In this document: positions 9,724-19,665 of the stretch, piece after piece | How the letters are laid out: each line of letters starts with the position of its first letter | Numbering within the stretch: position 1 is the first letter of the stretch | From: an uncultured bacterium | GTDB lineage: Bacteria > Patescibacteriota > JAHJAL01 | NCBI GenBank assembly: GCA_938004065.1 | Contig: CALKWM010000013.1 | Span: 2,457-66,456 of the forward strand | Length of the DNA: 64,000 bases | Direction: 5' to 3' | Notes under the pieces: generated by a model | Databases searched by the model: none | What the model was told of the DNA's origin: nothing | The model's input: the letters and a program-made list of their open reading frames with translations, nothing else | Program-made: the position numbers and the translations under genes

Positions 9724-11880
9724 TTATTTATTTCTTTCTTTGTATGGTGGTTTTTGATGGTGGGATTTACTGGAAGAATTTTGTTCTGAATTTAAATTGG
9801 TGGTCAAGTTAATACGGCCTTGAGAATCTATTTCGGATACTTTAACTTGGACTTGGTCGCCAACATTGACGACGTCAGTTACTTTATTGACGCGATGAGG
9901 AGCTAGTTTGGAGATATGAATCAGACCTTCTTGTTTTGGCAGTATTTCTACAAAGGCACCAAAATCCATAATTCTGGTAACAGTACCGGTAAAAATTTCG
10001 CCGGCTTTGATTTCGCGAGTGAGATTTTTGATGAAGTCGGCGGCTTCTTGAGTTTTGACGGCGTCGGTGCCAAAGATAAAGACATTACCATCATCTTCGA
10101 TGTCGATAGTGGTGCCGGTTTTGTCGATAATTTCATTGATCATTTTGCCTCCCGGTCCGATGACTGTACCGATTTGTTCCGGTTTGATTTTGAGGATCAT
10201 GACGCGTGGAGCATATGGAGACAATTCGGATTTTGGTTGGCTGATGGTGGCCAGCATTTTTTGTAATATGTGGAGACGTCCTTTTTGAGCGGAATTGATG
10301 GCGTCTTTGATGATATCGTGGTTAATGCCTTGAACTTTGATATCCATTTGCAGAGCGGTAATACCTTCATCGGCACCGGTTACTTTGAAATCCATGTCAC
10401 CAAAGTGATCTTCATGACCGGCAATATCGGATAAAATTTTGTATTGACCTTGTTCGTTGATTAAAAGTCCCATAGCAACTCCGGAAATTGGTTTTTTGAT
10501 CGGGACGCCGGCTGCCATCAGTGAAAGAGTGCTACCGCAGGTTGAGCCCATGGAAGTGGAGCCGTCAGAAGACAGTGCTTCCGAGACAACGCGAATAGTG
10601 TAAGGAAAGTCTTCTTTGGCGGGGATGACTGGCAATAGAGCTTTTTCGGCTAAGGCGCCATGTCCGATTTCTCTTCTGCCGGGACCACGAAGTGGCCGTA
10701 CTTCGGTTACGGAATACGGAGGAAAATTATAATGATGCATGTATCTTTTGGTTGTTTCAGACGCCATTCCTTCGATGATTTGTTCATCGCTGGTGGAACC
10801 GAGAGTGGTGGAGGTGAGAATCTGAGTGTATCCACGGGTAAAGAGACCGGAGCCATGAACTCGGGGTGAAATGTCAATTTCACATTCGATTGGTCGGATT
10901 TCGTCTAGTTTGCGACCATCGATACGGGTTTCAGTGTTGAAAATCTGATCGCGAACGAATTTTGTCAGAGTTTTTTCCCATGCTGAAGATAGTTGTTTTT
11001 TGGTATATTTGCCGATAGTTTCTTCCAGAGAACCATGTTCGGAAAATAATTTGTCAAATAATGGTTTGATGTTTTGGTCGCGTTCTTTTTTGTCAGAGGA
11101 GCAGATAGTTTCAAAGACTTTATTTTGGACAAAGAAATCATTTACCAATTTATCCAAATTTTCATCAACAGGTTCCGGCTCAATAATTTGAGGTTTTTTC
11201 CCCAATTTGGCCGCCAACTCGTTTTGGATGGGGATACATTTTTTCAATTCATCATGGCCCAGTTTGATGGCTTCGATTATTTTGTCTTCCGGCAATAAAT
11301 TGGCGCCGGCTTCAATCATCATAACCGAATCAGCGGTACCGGAGACGATAAGATCAAGATCGGAAATTTCCAGTTGGGCTTTGGTGGGGTGGGCAATTAA
11401 TTCATTGTTGATACAGGCAACTCGACAAGCGGCGATCGGTCCGGCAAATGGTGCTTCGGCCAGCAATAATGAAGCGGAGGCAGCGATAGTGGCGGCGGTA
11501 GAGGGGTCGTGGTCGGCATCAAGCGAGAGGACACTGACAATGATTTGGATGTCATGGCGAAAATGTTGGGGAAATAGGGGGCGTAGCGGGCGATCAATCA
11601 AACGAGAAGTCAAGACTGCCAGTTCTGATGGACGACCTTCGCGTTTGATAAATCTGGAGCCGACGATTTTGCCGGCGGCGTAGTATTTTTCTTCATAGTC
11701 AACCATGAGAGGGAAATAGTCGATTCCTTCACGAACGTCGGTAGAAATGTTGGTAGTGGCTAAAACCAATGTATCGCCCCAACGGACGGTAACCGCTCCT
11801 TTGGATAGTCTGGCAAATTTGCCGGTTTCAATGGTTAGTTCGTTTTGTCCGTATAAAATTGAAGTTTTGGTTGTTTGCAT
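9724..11880 (-). CDS. pnp: Polynucleotide phosphorylase (PNPase).
   Basis: Two RNase PH domains followed by KH and S1 (GEIFTGTVTRIMDFGAFVEI) domains; 718 aa. Confidence 0.95.
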   Translation of the reverse strand: MQTTKTSILYGQNELTIETGKFARLSKGAVTVRWGDTLVLATTNISTDVREGIDYFPLMVDYEEKYYAAGKIVGSRFIKREGRPSELAVLTSRLIDRPLRPLFPQHFRHDIQIIVSVLSLDADHDPSTAATIAASASLLLAEAPFAGPIAACRVACINNELIAHPTKAQLEISDLDLIVSGTADSVMMIEAGANLLPEDKIIEAIKLGHDELKKCIPIQNELAAKLGKKPQIIEPEPVDENLDKLVNDFFVQNKVFETICSSDKKERDQNIKPLFDKLFSEHGSLEETIGKYTKKQLSSAWEKTLTKFVRDQIFNTETRIDGRKLDEIRPIECEIDISPRVHGSGLFTRGYTQILTSTTLGSTSDEQIIEGMASETTKRYMHHYNFPPYSVTEVRPLRGPGRREIGHGALAEKALLPVIPAKEDFPYTIRVVSEALSSDGSTSMGSTCGSTLSLMAAGVPIKKPISGVAMGLLINEQGQYKILSDIAGHEDHFGDMDFKVTGADEGITALQMDIKVQGINHDIIKDAINSAQKGRLHILQKMLATISQPKSELSPYAPRVMILKIKPEQIGTVIGPGGKMINEIIDKTGTTIDIEDDGNVFIFGTDAVKTQEAADFIKNLTREIKAGEIFTGTVTRIMDFGAFVEILPKQEGLIHISKLAPHRVNKVTDVVNVGDQVQVKVSEIDSQGRINLTTNLNSEQNSSSKSHHQKPPYKERNK

Positions 11881-12074
11881 GTTTAAAATAAGTAAATAAA
11901 GAGATAAAATAGATAGTTGTTTTTATCTATTTTCCATACCGATAAATTTTCTTAATGCAATTTCCAAAATGTAGATTTAAAAAAAATAAATGGATTGGAA
12001 ACTGTGTTTAAAAAAATATGGATATTTAAAAAATAGAAAAAACGGATGTTGATATGTTAATTATACTTGATAAT

Positions 12075-12133
12075 GTAAAAAAATATAAAAAAAAGTAGCT
12101 AAAAAATGTGATGAAGAAAAGTGGTATAGCTAC
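12075..12133 (-). terminator. Rho-independent terminator downstream of rpsO in the rpsO-pnp intergenic region.
   Basis: Stem GTAGCTA/TAGCTAC (12095-12101 / 12127-12133). On the minus strand it is followed by a T8 run (plus-strand A-run 12087-12094). Confidence 0.55.
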
Positions 12134-12171
12134 TCTTTGATAAACAACTTGTTGATGTAGGTATAAAAGAA

Positions 12172-12441
12172 TTATTTTCTGATACCGAGTTTCTTGATAA
12201 TTTTGTTGTATCTGGTTTCGTCATTTTTTTTCAGGTAGTCGAGTAGTCTTCTTCTTTTGCCAACGAGTTTCAATAATCCCAAACGTGAATGATTGTCTTT
12301 TTTATGTTTTTTTAAGTGTTTGGTTAGATAGTTGATGCGTTCGGTGATGATTGCAATTTGTACCTCGGGAGAGCCGGTATCATCATTGTGAGTTTGGTAT
12401 TTCTTGATAGTCTTTTGTTTGGAACCTTTTGTAAGAACCAT
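12172..12441 (-). CDS. rpsO: 30S ribosomal protein S15.
   Basis: 89 aa with an S15 signature ([47 protein letters not shown]). Confidence 0.9.
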   Translation of the reverse strand: MVLTKGSKQKTIKKYQTHNDDTGSPEVQIAIITERINYLTKHLKKHKKDNHSRLGLLKLVGKRRRLLDYLKKNDETRYNKIIKKLGIRK

Positions 12442-12552
12442 AGTTGGGGTATAAATTTTTAGATAAGTATTTTAATTTTAACAAATGGAGACCCAAATGT
12501 CAAAGCTCTGTATAAATTAATACTTACCAAAATTTTAAATTAATAGAAAATA

Positions 12553-12580
12553 TTTCTTACTTATTAATTTGGGTAAGAAA
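12553..12580 (-). terminator. Hairpin with a T-rich tail downstream of the DHH phosphoesterase gene.
   Basis: TTTCTTAC-N12-GTAAGAAA perfect 8-bp stem. On the minus strand it is followed by TATTTTCTATT. Confidence 0.35.
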
Positions 12581-12629
12581 AATCAGAATAAAGATAGTGA
12601 ATTTGGATAATAATTGAATGAAAAGATAT

Positions 12630-14042
12630 TTAGTAATTGTATTCCTCGTCCTCTTTTTCTTCCGGTGGCAGGGTTGGATCAAAAGGTTCGGCGTTGGGAT
12701 CGAAATCCAGGTCTTCAGGGTCAATTTCCGGTTCGTTTGACGTGGATTTTTGGGATTTGATCTGGTTGTTGATTGAATAAGGTGATGACGATGTTTCCGG
12801 ATTTGGTTGGGCGGGGGATTGTGATTTGGTAGAGTCAATATCGTTAGTAGTTTCGTTAGCGATACTGTGTGTTGGAGACGACTGGTTTTGATTGGTGGAG
12901 AGGTGTTTTTCGATGATTTGTAGTACATAATTTTCGGTATCAGCAAGGGTCATGTCGTAAATTTTGAAGCCGCTGGCCTGGTTGTGGCCACCACCTCCCA
13001 ATTCAACCGCAATCGGATTGATGTTGACTGATGGCAATGAACGTAAACTGCCTTTGATGTGTTCAGCGGTTTGGGTGAGCAACATGAAAACATTGATGTC
13101 CGGTAGGTTTTTTATGAGAGCGTCAATGACTCCATGAGTTTGTTCCGGTTTGGCATTGATCTCTTGCAGGTCAGCCAGAGAAATTTTAGACCAAGCAAGT
13201 TTCAGACTGGGTTTGATTTGCAAATTGGTTAGAATTTTACCCCAGCATTTTAGTTCGGATATACTTTGGGTTTTGAATAGGTTTTTGATAATCAGTTGAT
13301 GATTGGCGCCGGCGGCGATCATCTGGGCGGCTACGGTGAGGGCTTTGGATGTGGTGTTATTGTTTTGAAAACTGCCGGTGTCGGACAAAATACCGGTTAA
13401 GATACAGGTGGAAATATCTTTGTCGATTAGGTTTTGGTTTGGTGAAAGAGTTTCGATAATAGAGCTCATTATTTCAGCGACGGAGGAACTTTCGGAATTT
13501 ACAAAATTGAGTTCCCCGTAATTTTCATTGTCCCCGTGGTGATCAATGTTGACGATTGGTATTTCATGAAATAACTCTTGGTTGTCGTGGTAAATATCAC
13601 CGAGATATTCGAGATTGGGAGTGTCTAATGAAATGATTAGATCATAATTGGGGCCGGCATTGGTGAAGCTGATATCGGAGTCGGAGAATTGACCGGTTTC
13701 CGGGGTGATAATGAGATGAATCTTGCTGTCTTCAGTTTTGTATTTTACTTTGTGTGGGGCGGAAGTGTTGCTGGTATCAAGTGTAATGACAAATTCTTTG
13801 GTCGAGTTGATTTTGTTTTGCAATTCGTTAAATCCCGGCAGAAAAGAGGTGTTTTGATCGGATTTTCCGGAAGCGGCAATGGTAACTTTTTTGCCTATTT
13901 TTCCCAATGAATGTTTAAGCGCCAGCGAACTGCCTAAAGCATCTCCGTCGGGATTGTTGTGGCAAACAATCAGGATATTGTTGGCGGATTGAATTTTTTC
14001 AACTATTTGTTGTTTAACGGATAGCTTTGGTTGATTTTCCAT
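12630..14042 (-). CDS. DHH/DHHA1 phosphoesterase (NrnA-like) with an acidic low-complexity C-terminal tail.
   Basis: DHH motif region ILIVCHNNPDGDALGS, DHHA1 GGGHNQASGF, and a C-terminal D/E/P-rich tail. Confidence 0.65.
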   Translation of the reverse strand: MENQPKLSVKQQIVEKIQSANNILIVCHNNPDGDALGSSLALKHSLGKIGKKVTIAASGKSDQNTSFLPGFNELQNKINSTKEFVITLDTSNTSAPHKVKYKTEDSKIHLIITPETGQFSDSDISFTNAGPNYDLIISLDTPNLEYLGDIYHDNQELFHEIPIVNIDHHGDNENYGELNFVNSESSSVAEIMSSIIETLSPNQNLIDKDISTCILTGILSDTGSFQNNNTTSKALTVAAQMIAAGANHQLIIKNLFKTQSISELKCWGKILTNLQIKPSLKLAWSKISLADLQEINAKPEQTHGVIDALIKNLPDINVFMLLTQTAEHIKGSLRSLPSVNINPIAVELGGGGHNQASGFKIYDMTLADTENYVLQIIEKHLSTNQNQSSPTHSIANETTNDIDSTKSQSPAQPNPETSSSPYSINNQIKSQKSTSNEPEIDPEDLDFDPNAEPFDPTLPPEEKEDEEYNY

Positions 14043-14280
14043 AAGTGTATGAAGTAAATAATTGGTAGGGATATTAAAATTATTATTCTTTATTGTAACA
14101 TAATATTTCCTGTTACGTCAATACTATTTGTCTTTGATATATTAATGATAATCCTTTGTATATTTTTATTTTAGCTCTTTTTTATGTTTTTGAAAATATT
14201 AATAATGTGTGATAGTATTTATTTGTTTGAAGAGATATAATGGATATAAGGATTACTATTATAAAATTAATGTAAAAATC

Positions 14281-14562
14281 ATGGCCAATATCAAAAGTGC
14301 AAAAAAGAGAATTATTACTGCCAATAAAGCCCGAGTGAGAAATGACCGGAAGCGCAATGTTGCCAAAGGATCGATAAAAGATGTGATAAAACAGGCGGTT
14401 ACGGAAAAGAAATCGGTTGCGGAAATCAAGGATTTGATCAATCGCGCCAATATGAATGTGGATAAAGCGGCGAAAGTTGGGGCCATTCATCCAAATAAAG
14501 CATCTCGTATGAAATCGAGAATGATGAACAGATTGAATAAAGCGGGCGGTAGAGGAAAATAG
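14281..14562 (+). CDS. rpsT: 30S ribosomal protein S20.
   Basis: MANIKSAKKRIITANKARVRNDRKRN matches the S20 N-terminus. The ORF-track start at 14209 is an upstream extension. Confidence 0.85.
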   Translation: MANIKSAKKRIITANKARVRNDRKRNVAKGSIKDVIKQAVTEKKSVAEIKDLINRANMNVDKAAKVGAIHPNKASRMKSRMMNRLNKAGGRGK

Positions 14563-14588
14563 GAGAAATCTTAAATCTCAAATTTCAA

Positions 14589-14622
14589 ATCCCAAACTTT
14601 TTGGATGTTTGGGATTTGTTTT
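14589..14622 (+). terminator. Rho-independent terminator of rpsT.
   Basis: ATCCCAAAC-tttttggat-GTTTGGGAT stem-loop followed by TTTGTTTT. Confidence 0.6.
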
Positions 14623-14665
14623 ATAATATAGGAAGAAATAGAAAAAATAATTTAATTTAAATAAT

Positions 14666-14800
14666 ATGAAATTGCTTAGGCAAGCTTTTATGATGGTAGT
14701 GGCGATAGTTGTGGTGTTGGTTTTGATCTGGATTGCTAGAGGTTTTTTAAACAATGTGGTGCCCGGTTGGTGGGCTTGGCTTTTGAGTAAATTGCCATAA
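14666..14800 (+). CDS. Possible small membrane protein of 44 aa, not in the ORF track.
   Basis: ATG..TAA ORF encoding MKLLRQAFMMVVAIVVVLVLIWIARGFLNNVVPGWWAWLLSKLP, a single TM helix. It lies between the rpsT terminator and holA. Confidence 0.25.
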   Translation: MKLLRQAFMMVVAIVVVLVLIWIARGFLNNVVPGWWAWLLSKLP

Positions 14801-14804
14801 AGGA

Positions 14805-15722
14805 CTATCTAAAGATTAATTGGAAAATTATATTGGAAAAATTGTTTTTTCCGGTTTTTAGTTCGATATCGGCTTGAGTTAAGCGGTGGTGGATTTTGAT
14901 TATTTCCGACAAAGAAAAGTTGTTTGCTTGCTTGATTATTTTGGGAATAACGTATGGATGAATTTTCGATTGTTCTTTGATCTGGTTGAGAGTGAAGCCG
15001 AGAGCAGTCAGATCTTTGATAATCAGAATATTTTGAAAATGAGTAGTTAAAGTGGCGAGGATTTTTAATTGATCTTCGCCTTTTTTGATTAGATTGAGGG
15101 CGGTGTTATAAGCTGACAATTTTTTTCTGTTGCCGATTTGATCGGTTAGATCAAAGATTATTTCTTGATGATTCGGGGGAGTTAGGATATCGATTGCGGT
15201 TGTAGTAATGTTGTTGTTGGTGAAGTTTTTAAGTTTTTTGATCTCGTTTGTTAGCTGATAACTATCCGGTGTTTTGTCGATAAGTAGCAATAAGGCCTGA
15301 TGGTCGATTTGGATATTGTTTTGCCGACAATAATTTTGGACCCAGGAAATAAGTTGAGGTTTTTTTAATGGCTGAAATTCAAAAATATTTTTTTTGTTTT
15401 TGGTGAAAAATTTATACAAGTAAGATCTTTTGTCGAGAGTGTTTTTTTCCCAAAAAATAATGTCGATATCGGAGTCGGGGTTTTTAAAAGCATTTTTGAC
15501 AATTTCATGAACTTTATTTTGTTTATTGGCCAGTAGATTTTTGATAATCAATAGTTTTTTTTCGGCAAACAATTGCAGTGGTTTCAGAGTGTTAGAAAGA
15601 GTTTCGGGGTTGATGATTGTGCCATCGATTTGGTCGATTTTGTGGGTTGTTTGTTGTTTGATGGTGGCGTTGATTTGTTGTTGAGCTCGGAAAGTGTCCG
15701 GACCAAAATACAGAGATAGCAT
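14805..15722 (-). CDS. holA: DNA polymerase III delta subunit-like.
   Basis: 305 aa with a delta-subunit-like layout: an N-terminal clamp-loader fold and a C-terminal helical domain. Similarity is weak. Confidence 0.45.
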   Translation of the reverse strand: MLSLYFGPDTFRAQQQINATIKQQTTHKIDQIDGTIINPETLSNTLKPLQLFAEKKLLIIKNLLANKQNKVHEIVKNAFKNPDSDIDIIFWEKNTLDKRSYLYKFFTKNKKNIFEFQPLKKPQLISWVQNYCRQNNIQIDHQALLLLIDKTPDSYQLTNEIKKLKNFTNNNITTTAIDILTPPNHQEIIFDLTDQIGNRKKLSAYNTALNLIKKGEDQLKILATLTTHFQNILIIKDLTALGFTLNQIKEQSKIHPYVIPKIIKQANNFSLSEIIKIHHRLTQADIELKTGKNNFSNIIFQLIFR

Positions 15723-15747
15723 ATGAAAAATTTAGTAAGTTTAAAAA

Positions 15748-15821
15748 AGCCGTCCATCGGAATTGAACCGATAACCTATGGTTTACGATACCATTGCTCT
15801 ACCAAATTGAGCTAGGACGGC
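15748..15821 (-). tRNA. tRNA-Thr (anticodon CGT).
   Basis: The minus-strand sequence is GCCGTCC-TA-GCTC-AATTTGGTA-GAGC-A-ATGGT-ATCGTAA-ACCAT-AGGTT-ATCGG-TTCAATT-CCGAT-GGACGGC-T. It has a 7-bp acceptor stem, a GG D-loop and a TTCAATT T-loop. The anticodon loop is ATCGTAA, giving anticodon CGT (Thr). CCA is not encoded. Confidence 0.8.
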
Positions 15822-15831
15822 GTGGTAAGAA

Positions 15832-15869
15832 GTATGCGCCCTAGGCGCACCAGATGACTGGAAAAGTAA
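15832..15869 (+). promoter_or_regulatory. 38-bp double-dyad element, copy 2 (CCTAGG variant), ending 10 nt upstream of the mature tRNA-Thr 5' end.
   Basis: GTATGCGCCCTAGGCGCACCAGATGACTGGAAAAGTAA. A degenerate partial copy (GTATGCCCCTAGGGTGGAAAGTA) lies at about 15925. Confidence 0.55.
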
Positions 15870-15969
15870 AAAGTAATAAATAAGAAGGGGAGAGTAAAAA
15901 GTAATAAATAAGAAGCAAGAAGTATGCCCCTAGGGTGGAAAGTACCAATGTCCAATATCCAACGATTAA

Positions 15970-18789
15970 TTACAATAATTTTCTGTTTGTCTGATTTTTA
16001 ATTTTTACCATTTCGCCCCAATTGGGGCCGATTTCGAGATCGACTTTGAGTGGAACGGATAATTTGGCAATTGACTCCATGGAATTTTTAAACATATGGG
16101 TGGCTTGTTTGACTTCCTCGTCAGGTACTTCAAAAATCAATTCATCATGAACTTGAGAGATGATTTTGGTTTGTAAATTGTGTTTTCTGATGTCGAAGAA
16201 GGTTTTGACCATGGCCAGTTTCATGATATCGGCGGCGGTACCTTGGATGGGGGTGTTGATAGCGATACGCTCTGCTTGGGATTTGATTTGTTGGGTGCGG
16301 GAGTTGATTTCAGGAACCGGTCGGATGCGGTCGTATAGGGTTTTAGTGTAGCCATGTTCACGAGTGTAGGTAATAGCTTTTTCCATGTAGGATTTGATTT
16401 GTGGGAATTTTTGAAAATATTGATCGATAAATTCTTGCGCTTCGGCAAAGGAGATGTTGAGTTGTCCGGCTATATTGCGTGGTCCGGCGCCGTAGATAAT
16501 GGAAAAATTGATCGTTTTAGCGTTGTTTCGCTCGGTTTCAGTGATTTTCGCCAAAGGTTTGTTGTAGATGATAGAGGCGGTGGAGAGATGAATGTCCTGG
16601 TTTGAATTGAATGCTTTGGTCATGGTTGGTTCTTGGGCGATGTGGGCCATAATTCGTAGTTCTATTTGAGAATAATCGATGGCCAAGATTTGATGTTGTG
16701 GGGGAGCGATGAAGCCCTGGCGAATTTCGCGACCGATTTGCGATTTGACAGGTATGTTTTGAAGATTGGGGTTGGATGAAGAGAGACGACCGGTGGCGGT
16801 AATGGTTTGATTGAAACTGGCATGGATGCGACCATCTGCTTTGACGAGTTTGGGTAGAGTGTCAACATAGGTATTTTTGAGTTTGGTATAGAGACGGTAG
16901 TCTTGAATCAAAGGAATAATCGGATGTTCATTTTTTAATTTGTCGAGTTCGGAAGCGGCGGTTGATAGTCCGGTTTTGGTTTTTTTGATTTTATTGGTGG
17001 AAATATGCAACTTGTGAAATAAAATTTCGGATAGTTGTTGAGTGGAAGAAATATTGAAGTCTGCGCCAGCTATTTTTTGAATTTTTTTGACGATGTTTTG
17101 GATTTTTGCAGTAATAATATGATTGAATTGTGAAAAGTAATTGGTGTCCAGTAGAAATCCGGATTGTTCGATGTGTACCAGGACTTCAATCAATGGCATT
17201 TCAATGTGGGTAAAAATTTTTTCCAGATTTTTGTTTTTTAGTTCCGCAGAAAATTTTTGGTAGAGCTGGTGTGTATAATCGGCGTCTTCGCAGGCGTAAA
17301 TGTTGGCATTTTTTAGATTGACTTTGGCAAAACTTACTTGAGTTGATTTTTTTTCACCGATCAAGAGAGTGATAGGGATCATACGGTGTCCGAGATGATT
17401 GAAAGCCAGATAATCCAGATTGTGAGTATTGGCGGAATTGGGATTAAGCAGATAAGACGCAATCATGGTGTCAAATGCTATGCCTTGAGTGGTGATATTT
17501 TCCAAAAGTAGTGCTTGGATGTCAAATTTGAGATTGTGGCCGAATTTGGGGATTTGAGGATTGGCAAAAATTGGTCCAATGATTGAGAGCGCATCTTTTT
17601 TTGGTAATTGTGTTTCGTCGGTTTCGTGGGCAAGGGGGAGATAATAGGCCTCATCTTTTTTTATCGAAATAGAGATTCCGACCAATTTAGTTTGGTTCAA
17701 TAGATCCAGATCCGATGTTTCGGTGTCGAAAGTAAAGCCGTTTTGCAGTTTGGGGACGAGTTTTTTTAATTTGTCGATGGTGTTGATCAGATGGTATTTT
17801 TTGTTTTTGGGTGTGGTTAGTATTTCAGAGTTGAAAGTTGATGTGGAATTTGGGGAGGTGTTTTGGTTCGGATTGGTAAAAAGTGTGTTTTGGGATGGTT
17901 TGGTGGAGACAGGCAAGCGATCGATCAAAGATTTAAATTCCAGTTTTTGAAATAAATCGATAGCTTTTTGTTGGTTGTATTCTTTGACGATGCAGTTTTG
18001 GATATCAAAGTTGGGAAGTGGTTGATCGGTGATTATGGTGGCCAGTTGTTTGCTTAAAAGAGCCATATCTTTATTTTCCAGGAGATTTTTTTTGACAGCA
18101 GGTTTAAATTCGGTTGTGTCGGGATTATCGCTGAGAAATTGGTAGATATTTTCAATATTTTTGAATTTTTGGATCAAAATGGTGGCAGTTTTTTCGCCAA
18201 TCCCTTTGACGCCGGGAATGTTGTCGGAAGGATCGCCGCGAAGAGCTTTGTAATCGATAATTTGCTTGGGGTTAAAGCCGAATCTTTGTTTGACGGTTTT
18301 GGGGTTATAGAGAACGGTGTCTTTGATGCCACGACGAAGGGTAAAAACTTTGGTGGATTCATCGACCAATTGCAGAGCATCCATATCTCCGGTAACGATA
18401 ATTACCGGAGTGTGATTGGATTTGGTCTGTTTGGCGATGATACCGATGATGTCATCGGCTTCCAGGCCTTCCTGTTCGTAGATCGGGATATTGAGCCCTT
18501 TTAAAATTTCTTTGGTAAGGGGAATTTGCTCGATAAGTTCATCATCGGATTTTTTGCGATGGGCTTTGTATTGTTGATATTGGATGTGTCGAAAAGTGGG
18601 CTTGGGGAGATCGTAGGCGGCTGCGATGTAGGTTGGTTGGAGTTGATTGATGGCGTTTAACAGCATCATGGTAAAACCATAAGCGGCATTGGTGGGAATA
18701 CCGGAGGAAGTAGTGAGGTGGGGGATAGCGTGGTATCCGCGATGGATCAGGGCATTGGCGTCAATTAGTACAAAGATGTTTTTGGACAT
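15970..18789 (-). CDS. polA: DNA polymerase I (5'-3' exonuclease + 3'-5' exonuclease-like + polymerase domains).
   Basis: 939 aa with an N-terminal FEN-like domain (IDANALIHRGYHA). The polymerase motifs are DYSQIELR, RRxAKxxNFGxxYG-like KTINFSIIYG, and QVHDEL. Confidence 0.95.
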   Translation of the reverse strand: MSKNIFVLIDANALIHRGYHAIPHLTTSSGIPTNAAYGFTMMLLNAINQLQPTYIAAAYDLPKPTFRHIQYQQYKAHRKKSDDELIEQIPLTKEILKGLNIPIYEQEGLEADDIIGIIAKQTKSNHTPVIIVTGDMDALQLVDESTKVFTLRRGIKDTVLYNPKTVKQRFGFNPKQIIDYKALRGDPSDNIPGVKGIGEKTATILIQKFKNIENIYQFLSDNPDTTEFKPAVKKNLLENKDMALLSKQLATIITDQPLPNFDIQNCIVKEYNQQKAIDLFQKLEFKSLIDRLPVSTKPSQNTLFTNPNQNTSPNSTSTFNSEILTTPKNKKYHLINTIDKLKKLVPKLQNGFTFDTETSDLDLLNQTKLVGISISIKKDEAYYLPLAHETDETQLPKKDALSIIGPIFANPQIPKFGHNLKFDIQALLLENITTQGIAFDTMIASYLLNPNSANTHNLDYLAFNHLGHRMIPITLLIGEKKSTQVSFAKVNLKNANIYACEDADYTHQLYQKFSAELKNKNLEKIFTHIEMPLIEVLVHIEQSGFLLDTNYFSQFNHIITAKIQNIVKKIQKIAGADFNISSTQQLSEILFHKLHISTNKIKKTKTGLSTAASELDKLKNEHPIIPLIQDYRLYTKLKNTYVDTLPKLVKADGRIHASFNQTITATGRLSSSNPNLQNIPVKSQIGREIRQGFIAPPQHQILAIDYSQIELRIMAHIAQEPTMTKAFNSNQDIHLSTASIIYNKPLAKITETERNNAKTINFSIIYGAGPRNIAGQLNISFAEAQEFIDQYFQKFPQIKSYMEKAITYTREHGYTKTLYDRIRPVPEINSRTQQIKSQAERIAINTPIQGTAADIMKLAMVKTFFDIRKHNLQTKIISQVHDELIFEVPDEEVKQATHMFKNSMESIAKLSVPLKVDLEIGPNWGEMVKIKNQTNRKLL

Positions 18790-18930
18790 GGATAGGTGGT
18801 GAGTAAGAAGTAAGAAGTAAGAAATAAAAAGTAAGATGTTGATATTTGTGGCTGTTTATTTGGGGGAAAATGGGTGTTTGGTAGACTGGTTATTAATTCT
18901 ATTTTAACACGTAATTTTCGGTATATGATA

Positions 18931-18959
18931 TTGACAAATATTTTTATATTTGCTATAAT
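18931..18959 (+). promoter_or_regulatory. Near-consensus sigma70 promoter for the 18999 gene.
   Basis: TTGACA (18931-18936), a 17-nt spacer, then TATAAT (18954-18959) preceded by TGC (extended -10). It lies 40 nt upstream of the ATG. Confidence 0.55.
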
Positions 18960-18998
18960 GCTAGGAAAGAATATATTTATCATTAAGTTGATAAAAAA

Positions 18999-19610
18999 AT
19001 GAGTAATATTGATATTAAAAACTCAGTTGGTGCGCCACCTTCTTTGCAGAGACAAGTGATGGGTATTTTGTCCGGTCCTCAAGCCGAAAAATATGAATTG
19101 GGTCAGGATATAAAAATCGCATATGAATCGACTTTAGAATCTATGAATTATGATGGTAAAGAATTGGGTTTGGGCCTGAGTAAAAATATTCCGGAAAATG
19201 ACAAATTGAAAGTTTTTTTGGTTGAATTGTCAAATAGAGGTTTTGGCGGTATGAAGATTTTTGGCAGAGAAGTAATGACTTCCCCTTTAAAAAGTTTGTA
19301 TAATTATGCAGAAATGAAAACCAAGGAGAAGCGAGATGATAATCAAAGAAGAAATATTGCCAAACCAATCAAGATGGAGACTGATTCAAATCAAATCATT
19401 GCCAATGAAGCAATGAGATTTATGATTGAACGCGCTGGGGAGATAAAGGAAATTGCGAGATTAGATAAGATAACTAGATTGGTTTCAGGTAAGGAAGTTA
19501 AATTAGAAAATAAATCTGCCAATGATAAGGTGAAAAATTTTAGGGAGCTGGTTCTAATTGCTCAAAGAGATTTGGTGAAAAAAGAGTTTAAAAAAGTTGT
19601 AAGAAATTAG
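18999..19610 (+). CDS. Hypothetical protein.
   Basis: 203-aa ORF downstream of a consensus promoter. No recognisable domain. Confidence 0.45.
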   Translation: MSNIDIKNSVGAPPSLQRQVMGILSGPQAEKYELGQDIKIAYESTLESMNYDGKELGLGLSKNIPENDKLKVFLVELSNRGFGGMKIFGREVMTSPLKSLYNYAEMKTKEKRDDNQRRNIAKPIKMETDSNQIIANEAMRFMIERAGEIKEIARLDKITRLVSGKEVKLENKSANDKVKNFRELVLIAQRDLVKKEFKKVVRN

Positions 19611-19665
19611 CTTTTTGTACATTTATTGTATAAAAGAGCAGCTTTGTTAAAAGAGCTGCTCTTTA

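Noticed and set aside
12557-12946. 129-aa ORF overlapping the 3' end of the DHH phosphoesterase gene in another frame.
   Set aside because: It lies inside a gene with clear DHH/DHHA1 motifs, and the overlap frame gives a low-complexity basic peptide.
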